Positions 1 to 13,960 of a DNA stretch of 64,000 bases are shown here, piece after piece. Every line of letters begins with the position of its first letter. Positions within the stretch are counted from its first letter, which is position 1. Origin of the DNA: Octopus vulgaris (lineage: Eukaryota); NCBI GenBank assembly GCA_951406725.2, contig OX597814.1, positions 201,996,001 through 202,060,000 on the forward strand, written 5' to 3'. Made by a program: the position numbers and the translations under genes. The notes under the pieces were generated by a model. That model made no database searches and was not told where the DNA came from. It saw only the letters and a program-made list of their open reading frames with translations.

Positions 1-619
1 TAACTCCAAATTACTGTTGCTGAATATCTCTCGTTGTGAGATTTACAAATAGTAATTTTCTAAATTAGTTTCTGTTTAAGTAATCATTTGAAGCATTATA
101 TTTATCTAAAAATAATTTTTTTTTAATGTTTCTCTGTAACACAAATGCTGCAATCATAGAATTGTTGCTGTATAATTTGTACTGTTTCAATATGTCCCTA
201 AAGATGATAATCATGAATTATCTTGCCTTCAGGTCTCTATATTTAACAGGAAAATGCTGTGTAAATCCTCTTTACTTCTATTTAGAAAAACAGAGTGTAG
301 GGAAGGATTCGTGACAGACGAATTGTAGACAGATACTTCGCTGTGGGCTAGCTAGGAAGTTGGTCAGCAGGAGAGGAATAGGACTTTCCAGTAGGAGAAC
401 GAAAAACAGAAGAATGTCTGCAGCGAGCGTGGAACGAATCTGAGTGAACTATACAGAAATAACTGACAACTTAAGCCCTATTTTACCTAAAGTAATAAAC
501 CTTTGGTAAATGTATTCTCTTCACTGGTTTGTTTGTGTGTAGCTTAACAAAACTAGAATTATGCATAGAACTCTATGCAGAGGTTTGTAGTAACGCTATT
601 ATTTCCATTATTAATTGAG

Positions 620-1040
620 GGATCTTTTCGGTTTGAACGGCAGTTTTTTCTAGCGGCGTCATATGAAATTGCCACCCATAATTGTGACCCTAATATCGAT
701 CTATTGCATTTCAATCTGTTTTAGGGTCAGGGTTAGGGGTGGGGGAAGAGTATATTTTTTTCTTCACAAATGTAAATAAGCCCAATCTGTTTCTTAAACG
801 AGGGACATATTCATACGGCATAGAATGTTTTTTTTTACCTCAATAGACGTCAGTGATTGGTTGAAATTGCAGAAATTGAAGAAAAAAACAACAACAAATA
901 TCTTACAAACTATAGAATTTTCTCAATAAAGCCAAGAGAAAAAGATGTTTTATAAACATATTCTACCAGTATACGAAGTTTAAAATTTTTTAGTTACCTA
1001 GAAATTATGTTAAAAACTGCCGTTCAAACCGAAAAGATCC
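620..1040. mobile_element. Non-autonomous DNA transposon (MITE), Merlin-like
   Basis: Perfect 29-bp TIR GGATCTTTTCGGTTTGAACGGCAGTTTTT and perfect 8-bp TSD TAATTGAG (612-619, 1041-1048). GG termini with an 8-bp TSD match the Merlin superfamily. Confidence 0.88.
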
Positions 1041-1586
1041 TAATTGAGTCTTCTTTAACTGAGTAGAGTACTACAGGTATATCGTAGATCTGTTGGAAGA
1101 GGTAACAACTTCTTCATATGTGAACATTGTATTTAATTCTTATAATTAGTAGGTTATTCAGATGAGAGACTTTAATTGTTAGCTGTGCAAATGTAGCTGA
1201 CTTGTATTATGTTTGCATGCACGAGAAGTAAGGCGCCAATGAGCTTAGAGAAAAACTGGGAATTATATGTTGTATGCAAGAGAGGCGACAGCATGGGTAT
1301 GGATATATAAACGTGTGCGCGTAATGACAAACTCCGCTACAGCTTGTCCCAAACCCAGTTTAGAAAGGAGAAGATTAGCAGGTGTAGGGGTAGCAGCCCT
1401 GCACTATCGATTTTCTACATTGCTTCTGAAACACTAAAAAGGGAACATATGAAACTGATCCCAGAAATCCTCAGAGCCTGTGTATAAAGCAATGAAGTGA
1501 AATCCGAATTTCATGCTACGATGTAGAACAACGTTCTTACACCAAGCCAACATGGAAAAGGTCCATGGAAACTGAAGCACTGGTGA

Positions 1587-1976
1587 GTGGGAGGAAGCAC
1601 TCCGTCGGTTACGACGACGAGGGTTCCGGTTGATCCGAATCAACGGAACAGCCTGCTCGTGAAATTAACGTGTAAGTGGCTAAGCACTCCACAGACACGT
1701 GTACCCTTAACGTAGTTCTCGGGGATATTCAGCGTGACACAGAGAGTGACAAGGCCGGCCCTTTGAAATACAGGTACAACAGAAACAGGAAGTAAGAGTG
1801 AGAGAAAGTTATGGTGAAAGAGTACAGCAGGGATCACCACCATCCCCTGCCGGAGCCTCGTGGAGCTTTTAGGTGTTTTCGCTAAATAAACACTCACAAC
1901 GCCCGGTCTGGGAATCGAAACCGCGATCCTACGACCGCGAATCCGCTGCCCTAACCACTGGGCCATTGCGCCTCCA
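1587..1976 (-). mobile_element. tRNA-derived SINE, family B
   Basis: Minus-strand head GGAGGCGCAATGGCCCAGTGG..GGTTTCGATTCC (A and B boxes); TSD CACTGGTGA (1578-1586, 1977-1985); five copies in the window. Confidence 0.92.
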
Positions 1977-2469
1977 CACTGGTGACTGGATAAACCTGGT
2001 GACAACCTCAATCCATTGTCAATGATTGAGACAAAAGAGATACCTATAGAACAACTTAGGGCAACAGGAAAAAGACAAACCCATCAACGGAACAAAATTC
2101 CATTTTTAGTAACACACAATCTGCATCACCAAAACAGTTTTAACATCATCAAAACAAATTTGCCAACCATAAAACAAAGTGAACATTTGCCATAGAACTT
2201 AGAGCCACCACTGAAAGCTACGATGTTTAGCATATGTTCTGCATTGTTTATATACAATAATCTTTTAGCCATCATGGTTGTTACATTCCAAATCCCCACG
2301 ATAGATGACAATCCACGAAGTAGAAACAGTACAGTATATATATTTTTTCTTATAATTTGTATATATTTGTTTTATTATAAATGCAAAACAACACCACACA
2401 CTCGCCTCCCGAGTTTCATTTTCCATACAGTATGTGCGATTCTTTGTCTACTCATCTACGCTACGCTCT

Positions 2470-2888
2470 CTCTTTTACTCTTTTTACTCTTTTACTTGTT
2501 TCAGTCATTTGACTGCGGCCATGCTGGAGCACCGCCTTTAGTCGAGCAAATCGACCCCCGGGATTTATTCTTTTGTAAGCCCAGTACTTATTCTATCGGT
2601 CTCTTTTGCCGAACCGCTAAGTGACGGGGACGTAAACACACCAGCATCGGTTGTCAAGCAATGCTAGGGGGACAAACACAGACACACAAACACATACACA
2701 CACATACATATATATATATACATATATACGACAGGCTTCTTTCAGTTTCCGTCTACCAAATCCACTCACAAGGCATTGGTCGGCCCGGGGCTATAACAGA
2801 AGACACTTGCCCAAGATGCGACGCAGTGGGACTGAACCCGGAACCATGTGGTTGGTTAGCAAGCTACTTACCACACAGCCACTCCTAC
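2470..2888 (-). mobile_element. tRNA-derived SINE, family D (CORE-like segment, internal (CA)n(TA)n, AGTAAAAG tail repeats)
   Basis: Head GGAGTGGCTGTGTGGTAAG..GGTTCAGTCCC followed by CTTGGGCAAGTG; more than 12 copies in the window. Confidence 0.9.
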
Positions 2889-3033
2889 GTATTTTCTTTT
2901 AATATATTTTAATTAACGTCTTATACAGTGCAGTACTGTATTCTATTTTCATTTATTGATTTATAAAAATGCTTATTTTATTGAAGAAATAATTAGAATC
3001 TAAAAAAATATATATATAAATACCTATTGGCCA

Positions 3034-3152
3034 CAGAAACCCTCGATATACTGAGGAGTCTGTGATATAAATTTGCATATATTAGCCGGCGGAGAACTCC
3101 GCGTTATACTGAGGGCACGATAGGTGAACCGTGATATGGCGAGGGATTACTG
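3034..3152. mobile_element. Possible Tigger/pogo-like MITE remnant
   Basis: Imperfect inverted ends CAGAAACCCTCG / CGAGGGATTACTG followed by TA. Confidence 0.4.
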
Positions 3153-3241
3153 TAAACGTATTCCTATACAAAGAATCATAACTTTCTGTGCTGTCTCCGA
3201 ATTCTGTAGAAAACCATCTGCAGAGATGAACTTAAAAAGAT

Positions 3242-3598
3242 ATCATCATCATCACCCTTATCATCATTGAACATCCGTTGACTATGCTGGTATGGGTTGG
3301 ATGGTAGGTTGGAAGGCTGCACCAGACTCCCGTCTGATGTGGCATGGTTTTCTACTGCTGGATGCCCTTCCTAATACCAACCACTCTGAGAGTATGATGG
3401 GTAATTTTATTTGCCACCGGCATGGGGGCTATTTGTGTGAAACCAGTATCTGCCATGACTACGATTTTGCTCGGCTTGATGGGTCTTTTTTTATGCACAC
3501 GATAATACCAAAGGTCTTGGTCATTGCCTCTGTGAAACCCAACACTCGAAAGGAACTCTGCCACTTTGCCTCTATGAGGCCCAAAGCTCGAAAGGAAT
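3242..3598 (-). mobile_element. Family E retroposon 3' end with (GAT)n tail, diverged
   Basis: Shares CATGGGTTGGA..GCTGGATGCCCTTCCTAA..CCAACCACT with copies at 13044, 23937, 33776 and 47878. Confidence 0.75.
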
Positions 3599-3610
3599 GT
3601 ATATGTATGT

Positions 3611-3672
<62 letters not shown>

Positions 3673-3674
3673 GA

Positions 3675-3736
<62 letters not shown>

Positions 3737-4835
3737 CACACACACATACATCTGATATTTATATAAGGTGTAGGCATATACTTGGTTCTGAGTTCAGTCT
3801 AACTGCATGGCACATTAAACAAGTGTTTTCTGGACCAACCAAGCCTTGTGAGTGGATTTGGTTGACGGAAACTGAAAGAAGCTTGTTGCTTATATATGCA
3901 TATATATTTTTTTTCTTTTACTTGTTTCAGAAAATATTTCTCCAGTGTTCACTATTATACCTTTGTTTTGATCTAACGGCACTCCATGTTTGTTTTCATT
4001 CGGTTTTCTTGTATGTATCCACTGTCCTGTTTTTCTTTCCGACTTTGACCCTCCATAAATCCAAAATTTTATTTTGGTACTTATGGGAGCAACTGTCTTC
4101 AAAGTCTCATGCTGTAGTTCCAAGCTCCAAATGAAGAATAGATAGACAGCCAACAACTGACGAAGGGTCGTTCTTTGTGTTACTTGTCCTGTTTTCCATT
4201 TATTTCTCTTATTGTTTGGCATATATGAGCAATTTAAGGTGGATTGCCTCTTAACCATAGGCTGAAACAGCTGTAAGGAGCAGTGTATTTGCATTATTTT
4301 TATTGTATTAATTTGCATATTGATGTATATTGTTTTGTTCGATTTTCATGTTCCTATTTTAATAAATAATATGAAACTGTAATATCTGTAAGTTGATGAT
4401 CAAAATGCATTTGTTCCTCCATTTCCTTATTTGTATTATTGAGTCAAAACAGGGGCAGCTGAAGAAGGGGAATGTTCCTTGTGTTGGTTGTCTTGTACTC
4501 TGTTTTTTCGTTGTTAAAAAAGTCCGTTTCCTTGTTTGGTTTTATGTTTTCGTTTCTCGTTGCGTTCTACGTTTATTTGTGGTGTCCTGTACTCATATAT
4601 GCATGTATATATACATATAGATGTAGGTATGTACATATATGTATGTATATATGCATATGTTTTATTTATTAAATTGTTATTATATATATATATATATATA
4701 TATGAAAATTCTTTTATAAAGAAATATCTTATATAAACAGATATACGTTGGGAATGTTATTGCTGAGTTTTGTTTGTGTTTTCGGAAAGGAACTAAATAC
4801 TTTCGATTCACAAGACAAAAGAAAGAGAGAGTGAC

Positions 4836-4888
<53 letters not shown>

Positions 4889-5369
4889 CTTAATGATATA
4901 ACACAGATCTAACTGTATTGCTGTGTCGTTTGATTGTGTACAATGTTGAAATTCAATAAACTGCCGATGATAATATGCAGCGGATATTAGTCTCGATGTT
5001 TTAGTTTGTTGTAAAGAATTTGCGGAATTTTGTGGTCACATGTCAGGAATAATATTAGACAAATATTTTATTAAATTAGAAGAAAGAGAAACACAGTCAA
5101 AGATATTGATTGATTATAGAAAAAAGAGATGGTGCTATCGATAAGGACGCAGTTTGTGACTGTGCGATACATGATGATTGGAAATGTGTTGTATATTAAC
5201 AGAAGGAAGAGGAACTGAGAGAGAACGAAACAAAAACACAGGTAGTGAAGTTAGATACGATTGACAAATACGCGGAAGGTTAAAAATATGTTACACTACA
5301 TGTTGACTAATAATTATAGTTATACTTCACTGGACCTGTGCAAGTGGCGTGGTTGGGTGGTAAGAAGTT

Positions 5370-5989
5370 GGCAGAATCGTTAGGGGAGGAAGCACTCCGT
5401 CGGTTGCGACGATGTGGGTTCCGGTTGATCCGAATCAACGGAACAGCCTGCTCGTGAAATTAACGTCTAAGTGGCTGAGCACTCCACAGACACGTGCACC
5501 CTTAACGTAGTTCTCGGGGATATTCAGCGTGACACAGAGAGTGACAAGGCCGGCCCTTTGAAATACAGGTACAACAGAAACAGGAAGTAAGAGTGAGAGA
5601 AAGTTGTGGTGAAAGAGCACAGCAGGGATCACCACCATCCTTGCCGGAGCCTCGTGGAGCTTTTAGGTGTTTTCGCTCAATAAACACTCACAACGCCCGG
5701 TCTGGGAATCGAAATCGCGATCCTATGACCGCGAGTCTGCTGCCCTAACCACTGGGCCATTGCGCCTCCGGCAGAATCGTTAGCGTGTTAGACAAAATAC
5801 TTAGCGGTATTTCGTCTGCCGTTACATTCTGAGTTCAAGTTTCGCCGAGGTCGACTTTGCCTTTCATCCTTTCGGGGTTGATTAAATAAGTACCAGTTAT
5901 GCACTGGGGTCGATATAATCGACTTAATCTGTTTGTCTGTCCTTGTTTGTCCCCTCTGTGTGTAGCCCCTTGTGGGTAGTAAAGAAATA
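5370..5989 (+). mobile_element. Family C SINE (Meta-domain-like GTCGACTTTGCCTTTCATCCTTTCGGGGTCG) interrupted by a B copy
   Basis: Matches the uninterrupted C copy at 30011-30243; 11-bp TSD. Confidence 0.85.
5384..5769 (-). mobile_element. Family B SINE
   Basis: 14-bp TSD GGCAGAATCGTTAG (5370-5383, 5770-5783); near-identical to the copy at 1587. Confidence 0.92.
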
Positions 5990-6242
5990 GGTAAGAAGTT
6001 TGCTTCACAACCACATAGCTCCAGGTTCAGTTCCCCTGCAGTGTACTTTGGGCAAGAGTCTTCTACTAAAGCCTTATAGCTGGATTTGGTAGACAGAAAC
6101 TAGTCATGTGTGTGTGTGTGTGTGTGTGTGTGACTGTTAAACGTGATTGCCACTAGTATTTGAGCTGATTTGCTAACTGCTAGGGGCTGTATATGACTGC
6201 TGATGTGTACTGGCTGATATTTCTAGCGTTGGAGCTCAGCAA

Positions 6243-6610
6243 CTGTCTACAGCACTCCGTCGGTTGCGACGAGGGTTCCAGTTGATCCGATCAACGGAAC
6301 AGCCTGCTCGTGAAATTAACGCGCAAGGCAAGTGACTGAGCACTTCACAGACACGTGTACCTTTAACATAGTTCTCAGGGAGATTCAGCGTGACACAGAG
6401 TGTGACAAGGCTGGCCCTTCGAAATACAGGTGCAACAGGAAGAAAGAGTGCGAGAAAGAGTACAGCAGGGTTTGCCACCATGCCCTGCTGGAGCTTCATG
6501 GAGATTTAGGTATTTTCACTCAATAAACACTCACAACACCCGGTCTGAGAATCGAAACTGCAATCCCATGACCATGAGTCTGCTGCCAAACCACTGGGCC
6601 ATTGCACCTC
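6243..6610 (-). mobile_element. Family B SINE, older copy
   Basis: Diverged match to B; possible TSD CTCAGCAA (6235-6242, 6611-6618). Confidence 0.85.
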
Positions 6611-6661
6611 CTCAGCAATTTGTACATAGAAGGAAATGACAAAATCTGTTGAAATTTTTAT

Positions 6662-7066
6662 TCTTTTACTTGTTTCAGTCATGTGACTGTGGCCATGCGG
6701 GAGCACCGCCTTTAGTCGAGCAAATCGACCCCAAGACTTGTTCTTTGTAAGCCTAATATTTATTCTATCGGTCTCTTTTGCTAAACCGTTAAGTTACAGG
6801 CACGTAAACACACCACCATCGGATGTCAAGCGATGTTGGGGGTGGGGCGGACAAACACAGACACTTAAACACAAACACACACATACATATATATATATAC
6901 ATATACACGATGGGCTTCTTTCAGTTTCCGTCTGCCAAATCCACTCACAAGGCTTTGGTCGACCTGAGGCTATAGTAGAAGACACTTGCCCAAGGTGCCG
7001 CACAGTGGGACTGAACTAGGAACCAGGTGACTGGTAAGCAAGCTACTTACCACACAGCCACTCCTA
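6662..7066 (-). mobile_element. Family D SINE
   Basis: Full-length match to 2470-2888. Confidence 0.88.
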
Positions 7067-8298
7067 CAGCTTTGTTTGTTTTATGAACACGTTTGTTTTA
7101 TGAACAAACTTTTTACTTGTTGAGACAGTTTAGATGTTATCAAAATAGTTTTACAATATATGTTGAGAGAGTTTGATTGTTATTGTAATTATATTTGAAA
7201 TGTTACTACTCGTCATTGTGTTTCTGTGGATATTTCATTATGATGATATCGGCGAGGTTCTGTCGCTGCCTGTGTCTGTTTGCCATCCATCTGATGTCTA
7301 AGCTATATCCCAACGCCCTCTAGATTGTGTTTTGCTTGTGTGTGTCATTTTAAACAGATTGAGAGGCTGAGAAAGGAATGCACCAAAAGTTGATATGGTT
7401 ACCGGAGCCTATTCCACATGAAGTCGTGATTGGTCAGATTTTGTTCATCATGTGAGTAATTATCCTTTCTAGGTGAAGTCATGATTGGTCAGACTCATTT
7501 GTTACGTGGACAACGTTCCAGTGAATCACGACATTTGGGTGATTGCTTAATATTCTGACTACCTGTGTGTGTGCACATGTGGGCATACGTGCTTGTGTGC
7601 GTATTTTGGTGTCTGTGTTTGCCCGCTCCTCCCCAACGCTTAATAACCAGTGTTGGTGTGTTTACATCTCCATAACTCAGTGGTTTGGCAGAAGAAACTG
7701 ATAGAATAAGTACTCAGCTTAAAAACGTACTGGGGTTGGTTCATTCAACTAAAAAGTTCTTCGAGGCGATGCCCCAGTATGACCACAGTCTAATGGCAGA
7801 AACAAGTAAGAAATCAAAAGTACCTACACAATCTCAGAGTTAGTCTCCATTTTATGTGCGAGTATGGGTGAAGGCCGATGCCGTAGTGGTTAAGGTGTAA
7901 CACTTGCAGTCATAAGATTGTAGCAGATTCAAAACTGAATTGCTAGGGAGCCAAGTAGTCATCACGGCCAAGTCACAGTAGATTCACATGATCGACTAAT
8001 TAACCGCCCAATCAGTGTCAAGTCATCACATGACTCGACTTTCTAGAAATTTCTCATTGAGCCCTATATAAAGATGGTTTCTGCGGTAACCCGAGAATGC
8101 TGAGACCGTCATTCGATATCTCCAATCTGATTACCTCACCAGCCATTGGCAGATAGAAAGCTGCTTGTTTTTGCATAATTTCTACAGCTGAATGTCCTTC
8201 CTAATGGCAACCACTTTACAGAGTGTACTGGGTGCTTTTCATGTAGCACCGTCAGCAATGCTTTTTTATATGGCACCTGCACCCAAAGAGACAATAAA

Positions 8299-8329
<31 letters not shown>

Positions 8330-10803
8330 GTACTGTTTAGTGTGGAGAGAAATACCAGTGGTCAGTACTGTATTCCAGGTTTCTGAGACTGGTGGCCAGA
8401 AGGGGTAAGTTATTCTCAAACTGAAGATCTAGTCACATGCTAGTAACAGATTTGAACTTCTCTAAAAGGCAACCAAAGGCTCAGATGTTGGTGTCAAACA
8501 TGGTGACGTATTAAGTCTATCACCGTAGAACAGAAATGGTTCCACCATCAGAATAGCATGTTGATTCAGTTTTGGTCACCAAATTTCGTTTTGTCTGGTG
8601 ATGTAGTCACTTGACCAAGATGCCGTGCAGTGGGATTGAACCCTAAACCCCATCATTGCAAATCGAACTTCTCCATGATACACAGCCACACCCACACCCA
8701 TAGTCATACCTTGCCCTTACATTTGTACCCTTGAGACAGTCAGCACACCTGAGTTGTTAGCATGTGTATATCACACCTAACTTCAAATATATGCTATGGT
8801 TACATATCTTTTATCTTTTATTTGTTTCAGTCAACTGACTGTGGCCATGCTGGGGCAATACCTTGTAAACTCAGCATCAGTTGTCAAGTGGTACTTTGAA
8901 GACAAACAGAGACAAAACAAAAAAATCACACACACATATACACACACAACAGGCTTCTTTCACTTTCAGTCTACCAAATCTACTCACAAAGTTTTGCTTG
9001 TATATTTGTAATAGCCAGTATTTTCGTGATGGTCAATATGTCTCTATGTATCAGACGCCTGATGCAAATATCATACAGACATTTCACACCTAAATTGAAT
9101 TTAAAGAGTGTCTTTCTCTGTAACAATTTGGAGAAAGTTTTGTCAAATTATTTCAGATTTAGTAGCTTGTTATTTTTGCTGTTATTTAGCCAAAGTTTGT
9201 GCTAACAAAGCTGACGCATAACCAGAGCCATTCTAGACATGACTATCCAACCCTTTACTCATACATTATATGTTAAATGCGTAATCTCAATTAATAAGAG
9301 AAAAAAATGTTATTTGAGGGATTTAGCTACTATTTCTAACCACATAATGGTAAGCTCTTTGGTTTGTTTCTATGATTAAGAAGAGTTTATTATTCTGAAA
9401 ATATTAAGAAACCCGCTAATCTATTATGCCTTTGTTTCTTGTGTTTTATTAAATATCTACGTTCAAGGTTAGAACGTCTTTGATCTGAGAAGTGCGGGTA
9501 GGCTTCGGTCTGTGACGAACCCCAAGACTCATGACAGATCTCAGTCATTTATACAAGGTGTATAATTAACAGAAGTTATGTTACAACATTTCACCCTGTA
9601 CAAGACGCCAGTCTGTCGCAGGGTTGACCCATCAGTGATTGTTGCAATTTATTTTCAGGTAAGAAGTCTCCAGCAACATGAAATCATGTGTTCTGGTCAA
9701 GAACACAGCACACAGCTCTATCTAAGAATTGAACCCACGAACATAAGTTAATGAATACAACATCCTATTCCTTACACCACGTCCTTACACACATACAGGT
9801 GGCTATTTAAATGTTAGTGAAGTAGGCAGTACGTTTATTCTTACCAAATCAAGGAATTGTGAAATAGCACAATACTTAACTTTTGGCTTATCTGTAAATA
9901 AATCTATTTTGCTCTGTCTTGTTCACATTATTGGTCAAAAGAACATAGCAGGAAATCAAAGTACAGTTCAGTACAGTAAGAAAATATCTAATTTTAAAGA
10001 TTCTCTTTGCTATTAATTGCTGGTAGGTACACCGTATTTCGTTTTGCAACCATAATATACTTCCAAGTTTATTAAAGGCGTCTTAAGTGGATACTGTGTC
10101 CTACCGTGTTAGCAATAAGATTCAATCGTTGAAGTTATCTCTACAGACTTTCTATAGAAATTAGAACCAGCTGGGCTTACAGAGAGATTAGTTGTGGTAT
10201 CACTGATGTTATTAGAACGAAGCGGGTTTCTTATTTAACTATAGAATTCCTTAAAAGCATTATCCCTTTTCACCAAGAAGTAATGTAAATTTGTGTTGAG
10301 AGGAAAACGGCAGCAAGAGAAATTGTCAGGGAAGATCAATAATGGGAAATTTTAAAGGGAAGACGTTTTACTTTGGCATCCATTTTCTCCTTTACTTTTA
10401 ATGAACCAATGAGGTAGCTTTTAACAGTAACTCAACCTGTTGGAAGTATTAGATCTGAGGGAAATTTAGTTGCTATTTCTGGTTATTCAATGACCACTTA
10501 AAAGCTCGGCCTTTAACTCAGGAAGATCGTATTTTAGTATGGACTTGTAAAGAGAATATACGAGGGAAACAGAAAGAAAAGGCTCAGTCAGTAATAGTTT
10601 TTATGTTAGAGGAAGATCAAAGATAAACAGCAATGACATTTCTTCACTTTCCATCTTGTCATCTTATTTCCCCAGAGCAGCACTTTATACAACTCCTGTC
10701 TCCTTCAATCCAGTCCCGCAACTTCACATATTTTTCTGAACACCTTCACTCTACCTTTAAGCATGACTACAATTCACGTAATTTTCTGGTTCATAGTTTC
10801 TTC

Positions 10804-11222
10804 TTTTATTTCTTTACTGCCCACAAGGGGCTACACACAGAGGGGACAAACAAGGACAGACAAAGGGATTAAGTCGATTACATCGACCCGAGTGTGTAAC
10901 TGGTACTTATTCAATCGACCCCGAAAGGATGAAAGGCAAAGTCGACCTTGGCGGAATTTGAACTCAGAACGTAACGGCAGACGAAATACCTATTTCTTTA
11001 CTACCTACAAGGGGCTAAACACAGAGAGGACGAACAAGGACAGACAAACAGATTAAGTCGATTATATCGACCCCAGTGCGTAACTGGTACTTATTTAATC
11101 GACCCCGAAAGTATGAAAGGCAAAGTCAACCTTGGCGGAATTTGAACTCAGAACGTAACAGCAGACGAAATGCCGCTCAGCATTTCACCCAGCGTGCTAA
11201 CGTTTCTGCTAGCTTGCCGCCT
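10804..11222 (-). mobile_element. Family C SINE dimer
   Basis: Two tandem C bodies with one head; TSD TTCATAGTTTCTTC (10790-10803, 11223-11236). Confidence 0.9.
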
Positions 11223-11687
11223 TTCATAGTTTCTTCATACCTTACTTACATCCAGCCAAGATAATTTGCCAGCTTCCTTAGGAGATAACTCAAGTCTACA
11301 GCCTGTCAGTTCAATTGTTGAGATTAAAACTGCCTGCTTCTCACCGTTTGTGGAATTGCACAACTCTACAAATCTCCCGTTTCCCTTCTACATAAGGTTT
11401 TACTATAAATTATTCTGTGAAACACAGCTAGATCAACTGGTATTAACCACCTGTGCCAGTATTTGAGGTTACTCTTTTTTGCTAAGGACAACATCAAATC
11501 ATATTTCAGAAATACCTTGTCTGCATTCTTGAACTATATAAGCCATCATCGTCATCATCATCACCATTTAAAGTCTGCCTTCCATTTTGGTACAGATTGG
11601 ATGGTTTGACAGGATCTTACGTACCCAAGGATTGCATTGTGCTCCAGTGTCTGTTTTGGTTTGGTTTCTAATGCCAACCACTTTATA

Positions 11688-11895
11688 TATTTCTTTACTA
11701 CCCACAAGGGGCTAAACACAGAGGGAACAAACAAGGACAGACAAAGGGATTAATTCGATTACATCGACCCCACTGCGTAACTGGTACTTAATTTATTGAC
11801 CCCGAAAGGATGAAAGGCAAAATCGACCTCGGCGGAATTTGAACTTGGAACGTAATGACAGACGAAATACGGCTACGCATTTCGCCCGGCGTGCT
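11688..11895 (-). mobile_element. Family C SINE inserted into a family E copy
   Basis: 17-bp TSD ATGCCAACCACTTTATA (11671-11687, 11896-11912); the duplicated sequence is part of family E. Confidence 0.88.
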
Positions 11896-12311
11896 ATGCC
11901 AACCACTTTATAGCGAGCATGTAGTGAGTATTTCGGGCTACCAGCAGCACTAGTGAGGTTGCCATGCAGCTTGCGAGATTATGAATCCTTAGGGGTCAAC
12001 TTGATGCTAGGAGATGAGTGAGGAGTGAATAGGGGTAAAGTATGAGAGAAGTGGGACCGGAGCAGAAGAGGTTTCTTGCTGTTGAGGAGCTACATGGTTA
12101 CTGGCATTTTAGAATAGAGGGTAGAAATGATCGGACGGAGCTGAAGTGGAATAAGAAGAGTGGTGATGAGGTATCAGGGTGGACATTCAAGGTATGAGGT
12201 GGGTAGGAATATGTGGAACAGAGTTTCCAGGAATGAGTCGGGATGCAGGGGATGTCTGGTAGTGAGAATAAGTAGTATAGTAACATCGATGCACCAGACA
12301 GGAGAAGGATG

Positions 12312-12583
12312 GAGGTACATGGCCTAGTGGTTAGAGCAGCGGACTCGTGGTCGAGGGATCGCGGGTTCGAATCTCAGACCGGGCGATGTGTGTGTTTATG
12401 ACCGAAGCACCTAAGCTCCACGCGGCTCCGGCAAATGGTAATTTTCTCTCAATCTTTCCTCCTACATCTTGCAACTCCCCTGCGACGGACCGGTGTTCCG
12501 TCCAGGTGAGGAACCTATACGCCAAGGAAACCGGGAACCCAGCCCTTATGAGCCAGGCATGGCTCGAGAAGGAACAAACAACA
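12312..12583 (+). mobile_element. tRNA-derived SINE, family H ((AAC)n tail; V-SINE-like 3' segment)
   Basis: A box TGGCCTAGTGG, B box GGTTCGAATCT; TSD ACAGGAGAAGGATG (12298-12311, 12584-12597). Confidence 0.9.
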
Positions 12584-13043
12584 ACAGGAGAAGGATGAAA
12601 GAGAGACGACTCGGCGTTGGGTTGGTTGCAGGAGTGGATAGGAAAGTGAGGAGAAGCAGACGCCATGAATGCGGAGAGCAAGAAGCATGGTAGCGGAGGG
12701 AAAATGGAGAGTTTGGTGGCTCAGATACATTTTATTATTAATACAAATTAACATTGAATGCTTACATAATTTTAATAGATTCGTATAATTTTATTTAATG
12801 TTTTAGAAAATATTTCCTGTTCTATCTAATTATATATATTATGTCATACACAATCTTATTCAGTATCTTGACTTATTTAATCTCTCATATATATTTGATG
12901 TCTTATCTAATTTCATTGAATAGTTTAATTTTCAGTGAATGACTCACTAAAGTATATTTAATGTCCCTTGGAATTTTATTCAATGTATTACATAACTGCA
13001 CATGATGTTGTTTAACCCAAGGTAGACCAGGTCAAGCAGACCA

Positions 13044-13403
13044 ATCATCATCATCATCATCATCATCGATTAACGTCCGCTTTCCATGCTAGCATGGGTT
13101 GGACGATTTGACTGAGGGCTGGTGAACCAGATGGCTGCGCCAGGCTCTAATATTGATCTGGCAGCGTTTCTACAGCTGGATGCCCTTCCTAACGCCAACC
13201 ACTCCGTGAGTGTAATGGGTGCTTTTACGTGCCACCAGCACAAGGGCCAGTCAGGTGGTACTGGCAACGGCCACACTCAAATGGTGTTTTTTATGTGCCA
13301 CCTGCACAGGAGACAGTCCAATGACACTGGCAACGACCTCGCTTGAATGTTTTTTCATGTGCCACCGGTACAAGTGCCAGTAAGGCGACAATGGTAATGA
13401 TCA
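13044..13403 (-). mobile_element. Family E retroposon
   Basis: (CAT)n tail on plus, conserved body, about three internal ~60-bp units. Confidence 0.85.
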
Positions 13404-13709
13404 ATGAAGAATAGATTCCAAACAGTGACCATCATGTGTTTTTGTGTATCATGGACTTCGTTTTTCAATTTATCCTTCTTTATCTGAGATAGTTTGGTGT
13501 GATTTGTAGTAGGTTTCATTGGTATTTCTAGCAAGTGAAGCTCCTGTTTAGAGGCTGCTTTGATGGCTCGTTCCTTGCATAATTATATTTAGAGCTATTT
13601 TTAATTATATTCATTGACATATCTAATCTTACTGCTTTACTTCATTTTAAATTTCTTTCATTTCATAAAGCTTGTCTTCAAAACTTCTTTGTGTGTTTGT
13701 TTGCCAATA

Positions 13710-13863
13710 GGCACAGGGGTGTCTGTGTGGTAAGTAGCTTGCTTACCAGCATCATGGTTCTGGGTTCATTCCCACTGCATGGCACCTTGTCTTCTATTAT
13801 AGCCTCAGGTCAACCAAAGCCTTGTGAGTGGATTTGGTAGACGGAAACTGAAAGAAGCCCGTC

Positions 13864-13960
<97 letters not shown>

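Larger units (their letters stand above)
5345..6110 (+). mobile_element. Family D SINE (partial), host of nested C and B SINEs
   Basis: D head is split at GGTAAGAAGTT, duplicated at 5359-5369 and 5990-6000. Confidence 0.8.

Noticed and set aside
128-549. Solo-LTR-like stretch (AATAAA then ..AACA)
   Set aside because: No 5' boundary, TSD or second copy identifiable.
1640-2011. Recurrent ORF 'VVIPAVLFHHNF..' (also 5435, 6236, 54288)
   Set aside because: Lies within SINE family B; recurrence reflects the repeat, not coding conservation.
4110-4285. GAAAC-AGCT-GTA and CTGACGA motifs
   Set aside because: Stems cannot be closed consistently; at most a decayed relic.
12312-12385. tRNA gene candidates in SINE heads
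   Set aside because: No complete cloverleaf; each continues into a SINE body, several with TSDs.
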